From: Nemertoderma westbladi
Taxonomy: Eukaryota > Animalia > Xenacoelomorpha
Reading direction: 5' to 3'
Length of the DNA: 64,000 nt
Assembly: GCA_032718475.1 (NCBI GenBank)
Contig: JAUCBJ010006757.1
Coordinates: forward strand, 1-64,000
This document shows positions 46,020-58,493 of the stretch, one piece after another. The notes below the pieces were generated by a model that had not been told where the DNA came from, made no database searches, and worked only from the letters and a program-made list of their open reading frames with translations. Numbering within the stretch: the stretch's first letter is position 1; each line of letters starts with the position of its first letter. Position numbers and translations under genes: made by a program.

Positions 46020-49000
46020 AGCCTCCCTCCCTCCCTGACCCAAGGTAAGTTGAGAGCCTCCCTCCCTCCCTGACCCAAAGTAAGTTGAGAGCCTCCCTCC
46101 CTCACTAACCCAAGGTAAGTTGAGAGCCTCCCTCCCTCCCTGACCCAAAGTAAGTTGAGAGCCTCCCTCCCTCCCTAACCCAAAGTAAGTTGAGAGCCTC
46201 CCTCCCTCCCTAACCCAAGTAAGTTGAGAGCCTCCCTCCCTCCCTAACCCAAGGTAAGTTGAGAGCCTCCCTCCCTCCCTAACCCAGGGTAAGTTGAGAG
46301 CCTCCCTCCCCCCCTAACCCAAAGTAGGTTGAGAGCCTCCCTCCCTCCCTAACCCAAAGTAAGTTGAGAGCCTCCCTCCCTCCCTAACCCAAAGTAAGTT
46401 GAGAGCCTCCCTCCCTCCCTGACCCAAAGTAGGTTGAGAGCCTCCCTCCCTCCCTCACCCAAGGTAAGGTGAGAGCCTCCCTCCCTCCCTAACCAAAGTA
46501 AGTTGGGAGCCTCCCTCCCTCCCTAACCCAAAGTAAGTTGAGAGCCTCCCTCCCTCCCTAACCCAGGGTAAGTTGAGAGCCTCCCTCTCTCCCTAACCCA
46601 AGACAAGTTGAGAACCTCCCTCCCCCCCTAACCCAAAGTAGGTTGAGAGCCTCCCTCCCTCCCTAACCCAAAGTAAGTTGAGAGCCTCCCTCCCTCCCTA
46701 ACCCAAAGTAAGTTGAGAGCCTCCCTCCCTCCCTGACCCAAAGTAAGTTGAGAGCCTCCCTCCCTCCCTGACCCAAAGTAAGTTGAGAGCCTCCCTCCCT
46801 CCCTAACCCAAGGTAAGTTGAGAGCCTCCCTCCCTCCCTAACCCAAGGTAAGTTGAGAGCCTCCCTCCCTCCCTAACCCAAGGTAAGTTGAGAGCCTCCC
46901 TCCCTCCCTGACCCAAAGTAAGTTAAGAGCCTTCCTCCCTCCCTAACCCAAGGTAAGTTAAGAGCCTCCCTCCCTCCCTAACCCAAAGTAAGTTGAGAGC
47001 CTCCATCCCTCCCTAACCCAAGTAAGTTGAGAGCCTCCCTCCCTCCCTGACCCAAAGTAAGTTGAGAGCCTCCCTCCCTCCCTAACCCAAATAAGTTGAG
47101 AGCCTCCCTCCCTCCCTAACCAAAGTAAGTTGAGAGCCCCCCTCCCTCCCTAACCAAAGTAAGTTGAGAGCCTCCCTCCCTCCCTGACCCAAAGTAAGTT
47201 GAGAGCCTCCCTCCCTCCCTGACCCAAAGTAAGTTGAGAGCCTCCCTCCCTCCCTCACCCAAGGTAAGGTGAGAGCCTCCCTCCCTCCCTAACCCAAGGT
47301 AAGTTGAGAGCCCCCCCCCCCCCTCCCTAACCCAAGGTAAGTTGAGAGCCTCCGTCCCTCCCTAACCCAAGTAAGTTGAGAGCCGCCCTCCCTCCCTCCC
47401 TAACCCAAAGTAAGTTAAGAGCCTCCCTCCCTCCCTGACCCAAAGTAAGTTGAGAGCCTCCCTCCCTCCCTCCCTAACCCAAAGTAAGTTGAGAGCCTCC
47501 CTCCCTCCCTAACCCAAGTAAGTTGAGAGCCGCCCTCCCTCCCTGACCCAAAGTAAGTTGAGAGCCTCCCTCCCTAACCAAAGTAAGTTGCGAGCCTCCA
47601 TCCCTCCCTGACCCAAAGTAAGTTGAGAGCCTCCCTCCCTCCCTAACCCAAATAAGTTGAGAGCCCCCCTCCCTCCCTAACCCAAGTAAGTTGAGAGCCT
47701 CCCTCCCTCCCTGACCCAAAGTAAGTTGAGAGCCTCCCTCCCTCCCTAACCCAAATAAGTTGAGAGCCTCCCTCCCTCCCTAACCAAAGTAAGTTGAGAG
47801 CCCCCCTCCCTCCCTAACCAAAGTAAGTTGAGAGCCTCCCTCCCTCACTAACCCAAGGTAAGTTGAGAGCCTCCCTCCCTCCCTGACCCAAAGTAAGTTG
47901 AGAGCCTCCCTCCCTCCCTGACCCAAAGTAAGTTGAGAGCCTCCCTCCCTCCCTCCCTAACCCAAAGTAAGTTGAGAGCCTCCCTCCCTCCCTAACCCAA
48001 AGTAAGTTGAGAGCCTCCCTCCCTCCCTAACCAAAGTAAGTTGCGAGCCTCCATCCCTCCCTGACCCAAAGTAAGTTGAGAGCCTCCCTCCCTCCCTAAC
48101 CCAAGGTAAGTTGAGAGCCTCCCTCCCTCACTAACCCAAGTAAGTTGAGAGCCTCCCTCCCTCCCTGACCCAAGGTAAGTTGAGAGCCTCCCTCCCTCCC
48201 TGACCCAAGGTAAGTTGAGAGCCCCCCTCCCTCCCTAACCCAAGGTAAGTTGAGAGCCTCCCTCCCTCCCTCACCCAAGGTAAGGTGAGAGCCTCCCTCC
48301 CTCCCTAACCAAAGTAAGTTGGGAGCCTCCCTCCCTCCCTAACCCAAAGTAAGTTGAGAGCCTCCCTCCCTCCCTAACCCGGGTAAGTTGAGAGCCTCCC
48401 TCCCTCCCTCACCCAAGGTAAGGTGAGAGCCTCCCTCCCTCCCTAACCAAAGTAAGTTGAGAGCCTCCCTCCCTCCCTGACCCAAAGTAAGTTGAGAGCC
48501 TCCCTCCCTCCCTAACCCAAGGTAAGTTGAGAGCCTCCCTCCCTCCCTCACCCAAGGTAAGGTGAGAGCCTCCCTCCCTCCCTAACCAAAGTAAGTTGGG
48601 AGCCTCCCTCCCTCCCTAACCCAAAGTAAGTTGAGAGCCTCCCTCCCTCCCTAACCCAGGGTAAGTTGAGAGCCTCCCTCTCTCCCTAACCCAAGACAAG
48701 TTGAGAACCTCCCTCCCCCCCTAACCCAAAGTAGGTTGAGAGCCTCCCTCCCTCCCTAACCCAAAGTAAGTTGACAGCCTCCCTCCCTCCCTAACCCAAA
48801 GTAAGTTGAGAGCCTCCCTCCCTCCCTGACCCAAAGTAAGTTGAGAGCCTCCCTCCCTCCCTAACCCAAAGTAAGTTGAGAGCCTCCCTCCCTCCCTAAC
48901 CCAAGGTAAGTTGAGAGCCTCCCTCCCTCCCTCACCCAAGGTAAGGTGAGAGCCTCCCTCCCTCCCTAACCCAAGGTAAGTTGAGAGCCTCCCTCCCTCC

Positions 49001-49324
49001 CTCACCCAAGGTAAGGTGAGAGCCTCCCTCCCTCCCTAACCCAAAGTAAGTTGAGAGCCTCCCTCCCTCCCTAACCCAAAGTAAGTTGAGAGCCTCCCTC
49101 CCTAACCCAAGGTAAGTTGAGAGCCTCCCTCCCTCCCTCACCCAAGGTAAGGTGAGAGCCTCCCTCCCTCCCTAACCAAAGTAAGGTGGGAGCCTCCCTC
49201 CCTCCCTAACCCAAGGTAAGTTGAGAGCCTCCCTCACCCAAGGTAAGGTGAGAGCCTCCCTCCCTCCCTAACCAAAGTAAGTTGAGAGCCTCCATCCCTC
49301 CCTGACCCAAAGTAAGTTGAGAGC
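46020..49324. repeat. 35-bp minisatellite, roughly 90-95 copies: CCTCCCTCCCTCCCTAACCCAAAGTAAGTTGAGAG
   Basis: Directly visible; period 35 (e.g. 46151 and 46186). Confidence 0.97.
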
Positions 49325-49574
49325 GGGGGGAAAATGGACGCAATAAAAATTTATCCCTCTCCATGGAAAATTTGACGCAAATAACAGTTGATTACTCTCA
49401 AAAATAAAACTGTATGTAACCTGTTCTGTTGTGTTTAGTTTAATGCCACTGTAACCTGCTCCTTTCCCTAAATTGATAATTTAACATTGAGGCGGGATTT
49501 TAATTCGCGAAGATGGGATTTGCGTCCAGTCCCCCCTCCCCCCTGTGTCTTCTCACTGAGAGATAATTCATAAT

Positions 49575-50135
49575 GTACAGTATGAGAGCGGTTCAGCTAT
49601 AAGTGTGATAGTCGGGTACACAGCAGCGGCTGGCATTTCCTCATGGCCTGGGCTTGTCTGCTTGTTGAATCCGTTGGCAGTCAGTATTATTTCTTGAGGT
49701 GTAATAGTATTGAAGGTGTGTCGTTTTTCGGGGAGTTCTGAATATGGGACCTGTAGTCTAGAGGGATCCGTTCGGTTTTAGTTCATATCTGTTTGTCTAA
49801 TGTAATACCTACAGTTTGATAGTGACTATTGAAACAGTTAGTCATCTCCTTATGGTCTGTGTATGCGATTGTTGTTGATTATCAGTGATGGTGCGGATTG
49901 GTTAGATTGTCTTTAAGGACACCTCTTATGTTTCCATACATTCTTGTTGTCTGAATTTGAAATCCAGTGCTTCACTGTAGAAATCTTTCTTAGCTGTTCG
50001 TAGTATTCTGTCAAGTAAGTTTTCTGTATGTTTTATATTTTAGTAAGGTTCCAGTTGTTGGGTGTTTTGTATAATTTTTCTATGTGCTTTGTATAAAGTG
50101 TCTGTAAACCATGGTCGCACCTGTGGTTCGTTCTC
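49575..50135 (-). mobile_element. Degenerate CR1/L2-like LINE ORF2 fragment (endonuclease-RT linker)
   Basis: Minus-strand translation across frameshifts gives PWFTD, YKTYR..LLDRILRTAKKDFYS, NKNVWK and SPGHEEMP..IAEPLS, the typical PW..Y..YRN..AK..YY..W..SPG pattern. Confidence 0.6.
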
Positions 50136-51889
50136 GAGTGAAGTTGATATCGAATTGTCGTTTATACTGTAGATTCAGTACAGTAAGCCCCTAGTTATAA
50201 ATGCATCATATGCATTTGTCTGCAGAATTCTTAGAGCACATCTCACCTCAGTCCAGTCTGAATCTTCCACATCATTTTGCAACATCATTTATTTTTGTTC
50301 CGGGGGCAAAATTAAAAATACAGACAAACAAGACACCTACACGCCTATATAGAGCCTACACCTAGACGGAAAAGTTATAGCCGTTTTACAGTCTAATTAC
50401 TGCGGTATGTAGTGCTGTACTGCAGTACAGGTCTACCAGTCTACAGCCTAGTTAATTTAATTTAATTGTTTACTTCAGTATTCAATGTATTCAGTAATCC
50501 ATATGTAAAAAAACTATGGTGCACAAATTTAAAATAGGAAAAAATCAAGTAAAATAAATTAAGTAAAAATACAATAAAAATCAGACACAATGGATTATGT
50601 AAGTACAGTACTATACATAGCGGATGTAACACGGCAATTGTTACGTATGAACGAGATTAAATAATTATTAAATTTATTTACACGATTTAGAATTTCAAAA
50701 AATATTTGAAAAAGAGTTTAAAAATTTCAGTAAAAGATCGGATATTAAGATAACGCAGCATTAATGTGGCTCCATTAATTTCTTATGTTTCTCTGTTGTA
50801 CAGCCGAATGTGAACGGATTACAAAGCGGCCTACACATTTAGTTCGATGAGCTACGCTGATTTTATTAATATTTAACTGGAGAAAGTAAATGTCAGACCA
50901 CAGCAAACAACAGTAAATATTTGAAACAAAAAGTATTGAATAATATTACCGTGACACAATCTTACTTAACAATTACCAAATCTCCTACTCAACATGTCAG
51001 GCTCTATCACACTGCAGGTGCCACTTTTATATGGGGAACATAATATATTGTTATTTTTACTTGGCTTGACTGTCTTGGGTTTACTCAATGCAGTGCCGGA
51101 TTAAGCCTCTGGTTGCCCTAGGCACATTTTAGTAATTTCCAAAAATGGCCCGAAAGTTTATATTTTTCCGCAAACCCTTTCAAAAGAAAAAGCTGCTAAA
51201 AACAACTGAAATTGTGAAAATGTTGCGAAGGAAATATAAAGTATTTTCGTTGGATGACTGCGTGCAAATAAGTACTAAGTACTATTTTGTGATGGACAAA
51301 GTGTAGCAGTTACAAAATTGGTTCTAGAAGATCCAAATGGCCATGTTTTACAAACCAATATTCACGATTGAAGCCCTAAAGATTCTAAACATTTTGGTAT
51401 CTGTTTAATGGAAATTGAGTAAAAAATAAAAAAGTAGTAGGGAATTTAGTGATGGAAAAAAGTCAAAATCGACAAACTGATAAAAAGGTTGTTTTATACA
51501 GAGAGGCATAAATATCAGCAATGTTGTTGAAAAGAGCAGTTTTGAGGTCAAAAATAATTCAATGTTGAAAACAGATATCACCTTTTATGAAAGCCCTTCT
51601 ATCAAACTACAAAAAAATTTGTAAATTTTCGAAAATTTCATTTCTGTGGGTGTTATAGTTAGCCCCCTTAAGGCTGACTGCCCCCTGTGAGCATTTAGCA
51701 ATTTTGATCGAATCGTGGGAATGTGTTATTAATTTGCTGTAGGGTAGGTTTTGCAGGGTGCTTATCTTTACAGGACTTGCTGATAAATATAACACACCAA
51801 AAGTGTGGACTTAGTGCAAAGATATAATATTTCTGATCTAGATTTGGACTTGCTGAGAAAGTAATGTTCTTCGATAAGAGAACAGTCTG

Positions 51890-53840
51890 TTTTTCATTTT
51901 GTCTGTCTGTTGGTCTGTTTTTCTGTTTGTCAACAAATTATGGATATAAAAATATACACCACCTAACTAAAATAATTGCTACATGGGTTTTCGTGGTCGC
52001 GGATTTCATTTCCGGGGTCAGTTTTCAAATTTGACGTAATCTAGTTTGTCAGTCTGTTTGTCCGTCTGTCGGTCTGTCTGTCAAAAACATACGTATCACA
52101 CTACGTAAGGTTTTAAGGTCGGTGATTTCATTTATGGTGTTATCTTTCCTGTTTGGAGGAGTCTATTATGCCTTTATATTTGTCTGTCAGTCGATCTGTC
52201 TGTACATACTACTACTACTAGTACTACTAGTATCGGCATGCTGCATTTTTAAGAATGCTGTGCCGGCTTGTCGACAAAATTGCGCCGCCACAACTCCCTA
52301 TCAGATCGTCCGCATCTTCAAGACCAGTGTCCTTTAAGATGCGTCTCAAGAAAGTCATGGGCTGTCCAGTCCACCATGCTTATTCACTCCAGGAGGCTGC
52401 CAAAGTACAAGATTATGCACTGGCTGGTCCTCACGGCGAAAGCAATGTCCTGCAAAGCGGAGGCGATTTTGTTCTAGTGTCAAGCTTGGGGGAACCAATG
52501 AGACACCTCCAATGTTATATAGTGTCTGGTTGGATATGTGTGCATTGTACTTGACACAATGAACCCGGCGTAGCATTCTTGTGAATGTGTCATCCAGAGA
52601 TTTGGTATCCTCAGCAGTTAGAGCCCAGCATGGACTCCCATAGAGGAGTACTGGAACTACTGCTGCTCTAAATAATCGGTCCTTAAGTTTCCGATTAATT
52701 CTCGGTGACTTCCAAATCCTGGAAAGCCTATTCAAGGCTGCCCATGCCTTTCCCTTACGTATTCGAAGGTCCTCACCTGACTTCCGGATCCATGATCCCA
52801 GGTAACAGAAGTCGTCCACATGCTCAAGCATACCATCCTTTGAGCTTATGCTCATCCGATCAGAGACTTGCTGAGAACTTTCAAACTTAACTGTCAAAAT
52901 TTTGGTCTTTCTGGAGTTAATAAAAAGACCAACACTAGAAGCAGCATGTTCTAATGAGCTGAGGAGCCGTTGGGCTCCCTCTAGTGATTCTGAGAGTACT
53001 CCTAAGTCATCAGCAAAGTCTAGATCAGTTAGGTACTTGGCAGGATTTCCTCGACTTCTGGAGCCAGTAGGTGGAGTTATCATCACCCCATCATCCATCA
53101 TCATTATGATGATCTAAGGACATGCTTAGAACATAGTCAACCACAATTATGAACAAGAATGGTGCAAGTGTGTCTCCCTGGAGGACGCCCCATAACACTT
53201 CAAATGGTTCTGTGTCACCATCAACAGTAGACACAAATGTTGTCGAACCACAGACAGATGAACAGACGTACATACAGACAGACTTAAACAGACAGTCTAG
53301 GTTCATGCAATTATTAAAAATGACATGGGAAATGAAATCAGCGACTAGGAAAACCCCCATATCAGAAATTATAGTAAAGTGATGTGTTTACTTATATTTT
53401 ATCTGTGACACCGACAGTAAGTCAGACAGACAGACAAACAGACAGACCGACAGACAGATAGACAGTCCAGATGTCATCAAACATTAAAACATGTATTAGA
53501 AATGAAATCAGAGACTAGGAAAACCCCCATATCGGAAATTTTATTCAGGTGACATGCCTCCTTATATTTTGACTGACAGACAGACAGACATAAAAACAGA
53601 CAAACAGACATTCTAGGTTCAGTCAAATATTAAAATTGACATCGGAAATGGAATCAGACACTAGGAAAACCCCCATATCATAAATTATAGTAAAGTGATG
53701 TGCTTACTTATTTATTTTCTGTGAGATTGACAGTCATACAGACAGACAGACAGAATAACAGACAGAGAGGCAGTTCAGATATCATCAAACATTAAAACAT
53801 ATATCAGAAATAAATTCAGCGACTACGAAAACCCCTAAAT
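51890..53840. repeat. (CAGA)n-containing ~160-bp repeat units in inverted arrangement around the LINE fragment
   Basis: Four tandem units at 53250-53840 (cagacagac...gaaatgaaatcagcgactaggaaaaccccc) and reverse-complement unit(s) at ~51890-52200 (gggttttcgtggtcgcggatttcatttcc...tgtctgtc). Confidence 0.7.
52207..53248 (-). mobile_element. 5'-truncated RTE-type non-LTR retrotransposon (RT 3' half) with (TAG)n tail
   Basis: GVLQGDTLAPFLFIIVVDY, LDFADDL, FCYLGS, PVLLYGS and RLRFAGHC motifs in ORFs 53360-53091 and 53104-52355; (TAG)n-like tail at 52207-52232. Confidence 0.88.
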
Positions 53841-54113
53841 CGTAAATTTTGGTTCGTAAATTTTGGTTGGTAAATTTTCGCTGGAGTAGTTTATTATATT
53901 TTGCGCTTATTTTTGAAATTTCTCGCGTTTTACATAAAATTAGCGGGAAGGTTTGAAAACTTAAAATGCGTTTTTCTCAGCATTTTATTTTTCGTGAAAT
54001 TTCGAAATAAATGTACCTTTTTCTCGAGAACGGCTTGATGGAATAGGCTGAAATTTTCGCAGCAGGTTTTTAGTAGTGAGACACAATTGTGGAACCTCTA
54101 AAAACATAATATG

Positions 54114-55341
54114 TGTTCGCGCTTTTGAAGACCTTTAGCAGTTTAACCTGCCAAAATTTATGTCTTTTAGTTAATTAACACACCTTTAGCATACGACAAT
54201 ATTTTATGCTAATAAACAAAACATTAGCCGAAGCCAGCCCATGCGCGATCATTCACCCGATGGATCTACACCCGGGAGGCTGAATTCGGATGCTTAGATT
54301 TTATTATTGCAGTGTAAGGTTGCAGTGTAAACCTATTGTATTATTCGATAGATCGTTAATATGTAATTTCTGACAGATATTATTAACTTTCGGGAAATAT
54401 TAACAGTTCCTTTAGGACGTGGCGCTCTATCTATTTAAACAGAGCTAGGACTTATACTAAACGCAACGATAAGGCTTATGATTAAAGTATAAGTCGCATT
54501 CTTTAGGAAATGCTTTGTTACCAGTCACATCACACTCACAATCATGCACACTATTCTGCCGACCGTCAGTATATTTGATCACACCTAAAGAGAACAGCAA
54601 TTGACTCAGGTAGTGTCTACTAAATAACATTAGATTCAATACACACCACATTGATATAAATCGCAATTGTTATATATAGCCCGCCTCTCTAACCTGTAGT
54701 GTATCAAGAAAATTGGGAATTTTGGGTGATTTATCCGTATTCTCCAAAGAGCAATATTTCCATCAACAAATAGATACAATTAATAACTGACGGTAAATAG
54801 CAGTACAAACAATATGATTAGTGCAGTTAAATTAAGTGAGGTAACACCGCCGGTAACAGTTATACTTTCTATAATCTAAGCAGTTTTACTAGAGTTCTTA
54901 GAGCCGGTGTTTCTGGCTTAGACAGCAATAACAACAAAGTATCAAGTAAAAGCAGTAAGACTGAACACTCTCCTTATGATCGGCTGAAAAGCTACACGTC
55001 GACAGGAAAAATCGCTCTGATTGGCTCAAGCCAAACAAAGAACTATGCGTCCAATGGATGTTTCCATGTCAGCAACCAGCTGTTAGATGTCGTAATATGA
55101 ATCATCACGGCTAAGCTGTGAAAGGTAGTTGGTGCATTACAGGTTTTTTGCCTTACCATGTCCGCCAAAACACGTATATAGCAGAATGACTTTTATGTCC
55201 GTTAAAACACCTGTAACGGTACCTTGCGGGCGAGGGGAATATATATACAGTTAGAGAACCTTTTTAGAGTATTCCAGCGCCTGGGGGGAAACTGGATTGC
55301 GAAGCAAAAGGGGCCAGTTATATCCCACAGAAGCTTTTACA
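54114..55341 (-). repeat. 3' LTR of copy C (1228 bp); PPT at 55342-55351
   Basis: TGTAAAAGCTT...GCGCGAACA termini on the minus strand; ctGGGAGCGG PPT. Confidence 0.95.
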
Positions 55342-55419
55342 CCGCTCCCAGAAAATGGGATTTGAGTCTATAAATATACAAAAATCACAGTTTCTAATAT
55401 ACGTAAATACTCTAAACAG

Positions 55420-56869
55420 TTAGTCTTTCTTGCGCGGACGGCGTTTACGCAGTTTTTTAAAGCTAGCAAGAGTCCTTTTCTCTTTGGGGCGAGCCACTTT
55501 ACGAGGAGGGCTATAACTCCTGGGTGAAGGGTGCAATATGATTGCATCAGAAGGTATGGGATTGCGATCGGTATATCCGCCGGTCGAAGTACCGGGTTGA
55601 TTGACATCAACGTCCGGGGAGAGGGGTCTAACGGCTTTGAGAGCTCGTTTCAAGACAGCCGCTCTTACGGGTCCTTTACGAGTGGTCTGAACGAGGGCCG
55701 TGGGTGGACCATAGGCAGTTAGAAACTTCCTTGGTTTAATGGTTCTTTCCAACTCGCGTTCGCGGGCTCTGTACTCGTAAGGCCGTCGATATACTTCCTG
55801 TAACTCAGGGTGTGAGTTGACAAATAAGTCTCCATAGGCCGGATCTTGACGGATAAAGTTTATTAAGTTATACGAATTGATGTCACTCGGATTAATGCTC
55901 CTGAGGAATTTGCGTACATATTTGGTTGAAATACATTCTCCAACGCGCTTCAATAGTTCATAACTTGATAGGCGCGATTTCTGCTCGACGGAGGCAAACA
56001 AATATGGATGGAACGCATAAACTCCTTCGTAGGCGCTTCCAGGATAATAGCGATGGCGTGAATCACAATGTAAATCAGCGTTCGCTTCCCAAGCTCTGAT
56101 GTAACGTAGTGTGATCATTTCATCTACGCTTTCCAAATCGTGATTAAAAGGGCAATCGAAACTGGCATGTCTCCTTTAGTTGACAATGGTGACATTGAGT
56201 CATAAATTGAGGGCAAACCGCAAAAATATGCAAATTATTAAATCTGCAATACGCGCAATAAATTTCCATCGCCGGTTGTTCGTGGAAATAGGAACAGCGG
56301 ACGTTTGTGTCCATGGGCGTAACATGGTCTCTCGATGCGCATAACCGACAACGTTGCCGAGAAACATAGTTGGCATGGCGATAATCGTACGCAGTGAGAC
56401 ACTGTGGACTTTGATACCATTCTAGGATGTAATCGTTGTCGCTGTTCCGAGCGCGATAGGCTGAATCTCCTCAGATTCTAGACATATTGGTTCGTCTTCC
56501 CAGTCTGTTACGAATAGAATTTTCGTGATCTATTCTCGGTTTATCGTTACGACGCCGCTGGGTATGATATTTAAATAGAACCATTTCCCTTTCGGTGTCT
56601 ACATCGTCCGTATCATGTAAATCGATAGGATGGCCAGTAGTTAAGAAGTCCATATACGTACCATTACGATTCGTATAGCGAGCGGTGAATTTTCTATAGT
56701 CCAATTCACGCGTAAGTTGTTCCTGGGACATCGGCGGTTCGATATAGCGACCATCGTCCTCCGTAATGGTTGGATCGGTTTCACCGCGTATCAAGCTATC
56801 CACAAACGCTTGTAAAGGTAGAGTATATCGCTCTCTAATACCAAGGTCATCTTCTATCAATTCCGTCAT
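55420..56869 (-). pseudogene. Extra 3' ORF (ORF2) of copy C, ~480 codons with one stop (56471-56473) and one frameshift (~56175); central zinc-knuckle array
   Basis: N- and C-terminal parts match A and B. Manual read-through gives CRLCASRDH, CAYCRFNNLHIFAVC and CHHCQL(RR)HASFDC. Confidence 0.75.
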
Positions 56870-58493
56870 ATCTGCTATCTGAGTTTATTAATATCAGTAT
56901 GAGTTAATATTTAGGCAAGCGGGCGTCGCTGCCTACTAGTCTTTGCCCCCGGACAGTGGGTTTCTCAGCGCCGATGTACCGTCGTCGCGGTGTTTACGCC
57001 AACATGTAGCAACAGCACGACAACGATAACCGGCACAAGTCCCACCACTGTCCGTCCCAAAGGCTTGAATCCACTTAAGGTTATCTCGGTAGAGTTAGGG
57101 CTACTTTACAATTGCGATTAGCTACTGTAAACACACTTTAGTAGTAACATTCACCTATAAACGCACAAATTCCATACAATCATTACTTACTGCACACATG
57201 CAGGCCATTTGTCCGTTAATCAGTGTCTTCCAGAATGTCACGTTATTACTATGTATCCTTGGATACTAATAGTGCGCTATGTATACTCTTATGCTACGCA
57301 ATGGGGCAAGCTTTTTATTGTTCCTTTAACTTGCTTCTAATTCTAGCGTGGGTGTTGCCATGGTGACATTATGGAAAACTAGCGGTAGAATTAGGGTAAT
57401 TCTCATGCATACAGATCTGGGATGCTATTTAATAGTAATTCTTTAATTGTCAATATCCTCTTTATGCATGATTTTATAAATTTTATCGGCTATTGACTAT
57501 ATGTTGGAGATTCTCACACTCTAATACACTCAATATGAATCTCCGCTCCCATGATCTATTAATTACTGGAATTTTGGGAATGTTATAAATTGCACAAAAT
57601 GACAATTTATGAAATTCATTTGAATATGAATTTAAATTTATTCCCGTGAATTTTATTATTTGATGTTAAATTGACACAAATTTTATTCCAGAGCATATCT
57701 GGGGACTTAGGATCCTTAATTCTATAAAATAGTCCTTCTAAGAATATCGGTAAATACTGCGATATCTGAATTGACTAGAAATTTTAAAGGATCGGGATTT
57801 TACAGATTTTAATAAATATTAAATTAATATTTAGGATGGGCACCGATTTATTCCAGAACTTGTCTGGGGACATTAACCACTGATTCTAGAATTTGTCTTT
57901 CAAGTATATCGGTGGGTGCCACGATATCTTAATCGACTGGAATTACAGAAGGTCAAAAGTTTAACAGATTTATTTGCGATTTACGCTACTGTTAGAGGGA
58001 CATCACGCTACTATATGTATTATTTGTTATAAGGTAGAAGAGCAATATCGCACGAAGCAATGTCAGTGTGAAGAGGCAAGTCGTTTCCAAGGTCTACCCA
58101 GAGCTTGGTTTAGCCGAGACACGAGGATCTGAACTTTGCATTCCTAATACTCTGCCTACCAATAATACTTAAATATAGTAGGAGCTTTATTGTACTTTAA
58201 TAAGTACGGACATTTCATCTTACTGTAGTCACGTATTTATAATATGATACGGACAGTAAGGAAAGAGAAAAAATAATTATTTCTCGCCGTCGCACTAAAT
58301 ATATATTATAAATAATTACGTACGTAATAAACACTAATATATTGCACTAATCTACTAAATAATCCCTAAAATAACATTCTACCAAATAAAATTAAAGAAA
58401 ACGATTATAATAATATTACATAATAATACATACATAAATATAAAATAAAAACAAATATAAAATGATATAGTCACACACCCACTCCATATGTTA

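Noticed and set aside
45963-49141. Multiple GREGG-rich ORFs, and an interstitial telomere
   Set aside because: The ORFs are translations of the 35-bp repeat. TTAGGG occurs only once per unit, not as a tandem telomeric tract.
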